Shown here piece after piece: positions 59,986 through 64,000 of a DNA stretch of 64,000 nt; positions within the stretch are counted from its first letter, which is position 1; the number at the start of each line of letters is the position of its first letter. Made by a program: the position numbers and the translations under genes. Origin of the DNA: Chthoniobacteraceae bacterium (lineage in GTDB: Bacteria; Verrucomicrobiota; Verrucomicrobiia; Chthoniobacterales; Chthoniobacteraceae). The notes beneath the pieces are model-generated. The model was not told where the DNA came from and did not search any database. It saw only the letters and a program-made list of their open reading frames with translations. The stretch lies in assembly GCA_037190965.1 (NCBI GenBank), contig JBBCKI010000048.1:1-64000 (forward strand). Direction: 5' to 3'.

Positions 59986-62928
59986 TCAGTGAAGACCAAG
60001 CAGCGAAGCCAAGGCTGATATCGTCACCTGCCCTGCGACAGCACCCCCTGGCGTCAACTCCTCCCGGCCAAAAGACAGGCGGTAAGGATTAGCCGGTTTT
60101 CCTGCAAGGAATTCCTGACTTGCCTTGAAGGGATAAAGGGCCGTTGGCTTTTGGGCCGGGGTCCCCACCGAGGCCACCGCCTCCCAGATCATCTTGGGAT
60201 CACTCACTTCTCTCAACGCCGAAGCGGAGCGCCCCTTTGGATTCAGCTTGAAGAGATGTACCGCAATCGCATCCCGCTCTGCGGCTGGAAGGCGAACATG
60301 CGATGAGGCGCTGAGAAGACGCTTCCAGGCATTGAGATACTCGGGATCAAGCGCGACCGCCTTCCGATAGTGAGCCAGCGCTTCATCATAGCGCTTCTGC
60401 TCATCCCGCAGATAGCCAAGGAGGTAAAAGACCTGAGGCTTGTCCGGATTTTTCCGGCTCAAATCGGTAAAGATCGTTTCCGCGATCCCTTGCTGCTGCG
60501 TCCCTTCAAACGCCTGTTCGCAGCCAAAGCAATGACTCTCCACCCGTCCGAAGCTATCCGGCATCAATTCGTAAGCCCGCCGATAATGCTCTTCGGCTTC
60601 CTTCATCCTGCCGAGATTGAAAAGCTGCCGCGCAAGCCGCGATTGGATGCAATAGGCATCCGCAAAATGAGTCAGCGACTCCTGGTACATTTTTACCGCC
60701 CGGCTCAGCAACCCCGCCTCGTAGAACCGATCAGCCTTCTCCGAAAGCCGAATTGCCTTCACAACGTTACGGTATAAAGCCACGTCCTTTGTATCCCCCC
60801 GGGCTTCGAGAATATCCGCCAGGATAGCGTAAGCGCGCATCCGGTCGTTGGGGCCCTGCTCCCCGTCGGACGGATCAATCGCGATGGCCTTGCGGATCGT
60901 CGCCTCCGCTTCCGGTAGCCGCTTGGCATCCAATAGGAGTTTCGCCTTCCAGATCAACGGCCGTTCCTCAAAGGGATCCGCCGCAAAAAGGGCATCCAGC
61001 TTCGCCTCGGCTTCCGGTCCAGCCAGTTCCAATAGAAGTTCATAGCCACGATCGAAGCCAGGTCGATCCGTCAACGTCGCTTCGATAATGGGACGAGCCG
61101 CTGCCGCCTGACCGGTCTTGGCCAAAGCCGCTGCAACCAGGTACCCGACAGGAAAGTCTTCCTTCGCCGAACCCAAAGCATCCGTCTGCCTGGAATAAAT
61201 TGCAGCCAGATCCGCAACACCCCAATCGGGAGATTGATCCATGAGCGCAAGCACATCGCGATAGTTGCCGGATTGGTGATACAACGCCGCGAGACTTAGA
61301 AGTGCATCCTGACATCCATCGGGCGATGCATAGCCTCCGGAAGCGGCAGCTTTGTTCTGCTTGACCTTGCTCAGCAAATAGTCCGCCAGGACTTTCTCGG
61401 CAGCACCGTTTTTGCCTGCCGCAAAAAGAATTCCGGCAATCTGCTGATCGTTTTGGTCAGCGCTGCTGTCGAAAGCCGTCTTCTCGGCAGCACCGTCGGC
61501 ACGCAAAATTGCCAGCCCCTCCTCCACCAACGCAGGCTTCTGCAAGACTAACCCGAGTTGAGCTAAACGAAGCGCTAACTCAGAACGCTTTTTACTAGCC
61601 TCCGATGGGCTTCCCGTCCCTTTTTCACCGGCCACCAAAGCCTTTCGGATCACCGCCAATCCTTCCTCCACCTGATCGGCGGCAAGCAGGGCATCGATCA
61701 GAGCCTCATCCAACTCATTTCGCCTTTCCGGGGACAAAGTCTTCACGGCCACCCCCGCCCGGACTCGTTCCAACATCTTATCCGTCGCTCCGACCTTGGC
61801 AGAAAGCCCGATATAGAAACTCCAGAAAGGAAGATCCGGATTTTTGGAAAGGAGCTTATCAAGAAAATCGAAGGCCTGCTCGCCCCGCCCCGCCTTTACC
61901 AGGGCTGCAAGGGAAGGCCCCGCAATACCGCCCTCCGAGGGAAACTTTTCCGCAACGGCAAGCGCCTTTTCTGTTTCGCCCCGCGCAATCAAACCTACTA
62001 GATAGTAAACCCTCGCCTCTCTTGCATCATAGTCCTGTTGACTGGAAATATCGGCGGGAAAGCGGCGCTCCAACGCCTCATAAAGCTCTCCGGCATCGAG
62101 GGAGGCCGCCAGCGCCCATTGAGGACTTTTCAAAGCATCCACCCGCTCCAATGCGATTTTCCGGGCTAGTTCCAGCGTCTTATCCCCCTCCGAAACGGAA
62201 AGTTTGACGTTCTCAGCCGTCAATGCCGTTCGGAGAACTTCTGCCGCGCGCTCTTCCCCCAGGATCGTGGCCAGATCCGGAACGGCAAAATCCATGGGAT
62301 AAGACATCTTGTTCTTCTGGAGCCACTTCAGCTGCTCTTGAAGACTATTGAGAATTTGATTTGGATCATCCGATCTGTCGATCAGCGCCTGTCTCAAGAG
62401 ATAAAGAAGTTGGGCGGATTGCCCTCCGTAACGAGGATCTTCCGTCTCGCCCGCAGCCTCCAAAGCCGAGAATTCCTTCTCAAACGCGGCGCGGTCGGAC
62501 GTCAAGCTTGCCACGAGCATCCGAAGACCGATCTCGCGAACCGTCGCTTTCGCCTTCGCCGTAGGCCGCGCCAGGACTTCCTTTTTCAGAACATCCCAAG
62601 CTGCGGGCGGCGGAAGAGCGGCGATCAGCAATCTCCCTTCCGGCACATATCCAAACTGTTCTGTCAAAGACGCATGGGCATCGAAGAGACTCAGCCATTC
62701 CTTGACGGCCGCTTCCACAGGGAGACCAGCCCCCTTCTTCTGCAAATCGCCCACCCGCCTCTTCCACAATTCGCGGGCGTCGGGTGGAAGAGCATCGCCG
62801 CCTTCAGCGGCAACCCGTTTCAAAATCGCCTCCGCTCCTTGGTAATGATCTGCCGCTCTCAATGGACAGAGCGACAACAACGTGACAGCGACAAGATAGG
62901 GGGAAAATCGCGCGGCAACCGTGACCAT
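59986..62928 (-). CDS. Large exported tetratricopeptide-repeat protein
   Basis: Signal peptide (LVAVTLLSLCPLRA), TPR motifs such as ALAHYRKAVALDPEYLNAW. Confidence 0.85.
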   Translation of the reverse strand: MVTVAARFSPYLVAVTLLSLCPLRAADHYQGAEAILKRVAAEGGDALPPDARELWKRRVGDLQKKGAGLPVEAAVKEWLSLFDAHASLTEQFGYVPEGRLLIAALPPPAAWDVLKKEVLARPTAKAKATVREIGLRMLVASLTSDRAAFEKEFSALEAAGETEDPRYGGQSAQLLYLLRQALIDRSDDPNQILNSLQEQLKWLQKNKMSYPMDFAVPDLATILGEERAAEVLRTALTAENVKLSVSEGDKTLELARKIALERVDALKSPQWALAASLDAGELYEALERRFPADISSQQDYDAREARVYYLVGLIARGETEKALAVAEKFPSEGGIAGPSLAALVKAGRGEQAFDFLDKLLSKNPDLPFWSFYIGLSAKVGATDKMLERVRAGVAVKTLSPERRNELDEALIDALLAADQVEEGLAVIRKALVAGEKGTGSPSEASKKRSELALRLAQLGLVLQKPALVEEGLAILRADGAAEKTAFDSSADQNDQQIAGILFAAGKNGAAEKVLADYLLSKVKQNKAAASGGYASPDGCQDALLSLAALYHQSGNYRDVLALMDQSPDWGVADLAAIYSRQTDALGSAKEDFPVGYLVAAALAKTGQAAAARPIIEATLTDRPGFDRGYELLLELAGPEAEAKLDALFAADPFEERPLIWKAKLLLDAKRLPEAEATIRKAIAIDPSDGEQGPNDRMRAYAILADILEARGDTKDVALYRNVVKAIRLSEKADRFYEAGLLSRAVKMYQESLTHFADAYCIQSRLARQLFNLGRMKEAEEHYRRAYELMPDSFGRVESHCFGCEQAFEGTQQQGIAETIFTDLSRKNPDKPQVFYLLGYLRDEQKRYDEALAHYRKAVALDPEYLNAWKRLLSASSHVRLPAAERDAIAVHLFKLNPKGRSASALREVSDPKMIWEAVASVGTPAQKPTALYPFKASQEFLAGKPANPYRLSFGREELTPGGAVAGQVTISALASLLGLH

Positions 62929-63027
62929 TTGCCCGTGTTAAACAATCACACTCAATATAGCCAGCCTTTTCAGGCAGCCGACGTTCGAAGGAAGTATCAG
63001 CAGATCTAAACGCCACTTCCGCGAACG

Positions 63028-63126
63028 AAAGCGGCGGGAAACCGCCGCACTCCAAGACGCTGCCGCGAGTCTCGGAGCGTTCTATGGCGCGCCAGCGTCT
63101 TGGGTGCGGTGGCTCGATACCGCTTT
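63028..63126. repeat. REP doublet family B, copy 2
   Basis: AAAGCGGCGGGAAACCGCCGCACTCCAAGACGCT .. AGCGTCTTGGGTGCGG..CCGCTTT, 99 bp. Confidence 0.75.
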
Positions 63127-63168
63127 GGAACGAGACGCCGAGACTATTTGCCATGACCGTCCAAAACG

Positions 63169-63202
63169 CAAACAAGCCGCAGGTTCCCCTGCGGCTTGTT
63201 TG
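63169..63202 (-). terminator. Intrinsic terminator after tsf
   Basis: 15-bp perfect stem CAAACAAGCCGCAGG-TTCC-CCTGCGGCTTGTTTG. Confidence 0.85.
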
Positions 63203-63230
63203 TTGGAATTGATTCTCGAAAAACGAGGGC

Positions 63231-63854
63231 TTACTCCGCGGCGGGAGTGGCTTCGCCTTCGACGCCTTCGCCCACCATGTAGCGGGTGAAGCGGCGGATG
63301 ATGATGTTCTCACCGAGTTCCGCGATCTTGCTCTTCACGACATCCTGGATGGTCATGTCGGGGTTCTTGATGAACGGCTGCTCGAGGAGAGCGACCGAGG
63401 CGCAGAATTTGTCGATCTTGCCGTCGACGATCTTCTCCACGATGTTCTCGGGCTTGCCTTTGACCTGGTCGCGGGCGATCTCGCGCTCACGAGCGATCAG
63501 CGCCGGGGAGATTTCCTCACGGCTGATGCAGATCGGGCTGGCGGCGGCGATGTGAAGGGTGATGTCCTTGACGAAGTCGCGGAAGCTCTCGTTCTTCGCA
63601 ACGAAGTCGGTTTCGCAGTTGATCTCGACGAGCACGCCCACCTTGCCCTGCATGTGAATGTAGGAGGCAATGGTGCCTTCCTTCGCGGCGCGGGAGGCTT
63701 TCTTCCCGGCGCTGGCAATGCCTTTCTTGCGGAGAATGTCTTCGGCCTTCTCGATGTCGCCACCGGATTCGGTAAGAGCGCGCTTGCAATCCATCATGCC
63801 GGCGTTGGTCTTTTCGCGAAGGGTCTTTACGAGTTGAGGAGTAATTTCGCTCAT
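63231..63854 (-). CDS. tsf: Elongation factor Ts (short form)
   Basis: VKTLREKTNAGMMDCKRAL, EINCETDFVA, LLEQPFIK, RRFTRY. Confidence 0.97.
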   Translation of the reverse strand: MSEITPQLVKTLREKTNAGMMDCKRALTESGGDIEKAEDILRKKGIASAGKKASRAAKEGTIASYIHMQGKVGVLVEINCETDFVAKNESFRDFVKDITLHIAAASPICISREEISPALIAREREIARDQVKGKPENIVEKIVDGKIDKFCASVALLEQPFIKNPDMTIQDVVKSKIAELGENIIIRRFTRYMVGEGVEGEATPAAE

Positions 63855-63886
63855 AGAAAAATGATTAAAGGGTCAAAAGTAGGGTC

Positions 63887-63923
63887 AAAAAAGCGCAGCC
63901 GAAGAGAATCCCCTCGGCTGCGC
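63887..63923 (-). terminator. Terminator/attenuator hairpin between rpsB and tsf
   Basis: GCGCAGCCGA..TCGGCTGCGC stem followed by T6 on the minus strand. Confidence 0.7.
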
Positions 63924-63955
63924 GCACTGCTTCTCAGGTTTGACTGAAAAGGGTA

Positions 63956-64000
63956 TTACTCGGCGATCGCAGCCAGCGAGGCCGGCTCGGAAGCAGGCAC
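63956..64000 (-). CDS. 3' end of the upstream gene, probably ribosomal protein S2 (partial)
   Basis: ..VPASEPASLAAIAE*; identity inferred only from the usual rpsB-tsf synteny. Confidence 0.5.
   Translation of the reverse strand: MPASEPASLAAIAE

Noticed and set aside
63231..63854. Short EF-Ts as a truncation
   Set aside because: Short ~200-aa EF-Ts forms are established in several phyla and all key motifs are present

Overview
High-GC bacterial chromosome segment, most consistent with Verrucomicrobiota (Spartobacteria/Chthoniobacterales-like). This is inferred from PEP-CTERM proteins, a PVC-restricted Minf_1886-type gene and the absence of rpmD from the spc cluster. Bases 271-18222 (minus strand) hold the fused str-S10-spc-alpha ribosomal protein cluster from rpsL to rpsD. 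It lacks tuf, rpsN and rpmD, has no rpoA directly after rpsD, and carries an unexplained exported coiled-coil gene between rpsS and rplV. The rest mixes housekeeping genes (guaB, dus, ppdK, rnr, rpsU, folP-cdaA-mini cdaR-glmM-bioD, tsf, probable rpsB end) with accessory loci: an ExbB/ExbD module, a PhyH/AraC pair, a tandem PEP-CTERM array with a collapsed third copy, a BlaI/BlaR1 pair with a palindromic operator, and several REP/REPIN-like repeat families. The most striking unexplained signal is a ~355-nt intergenic stretch (58190-58544). By eye it folds almost completely into about nine helices, with G-U pairs consistent with the + strand, a GAAA tetraloop and a possible pseudoknot. It directly abuts a stand-alone DprA/Smf-like SLOG gene and is a candidate ncRNA-protein module. 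All calls come from reading the sequence; no database searches or folding programs were run.
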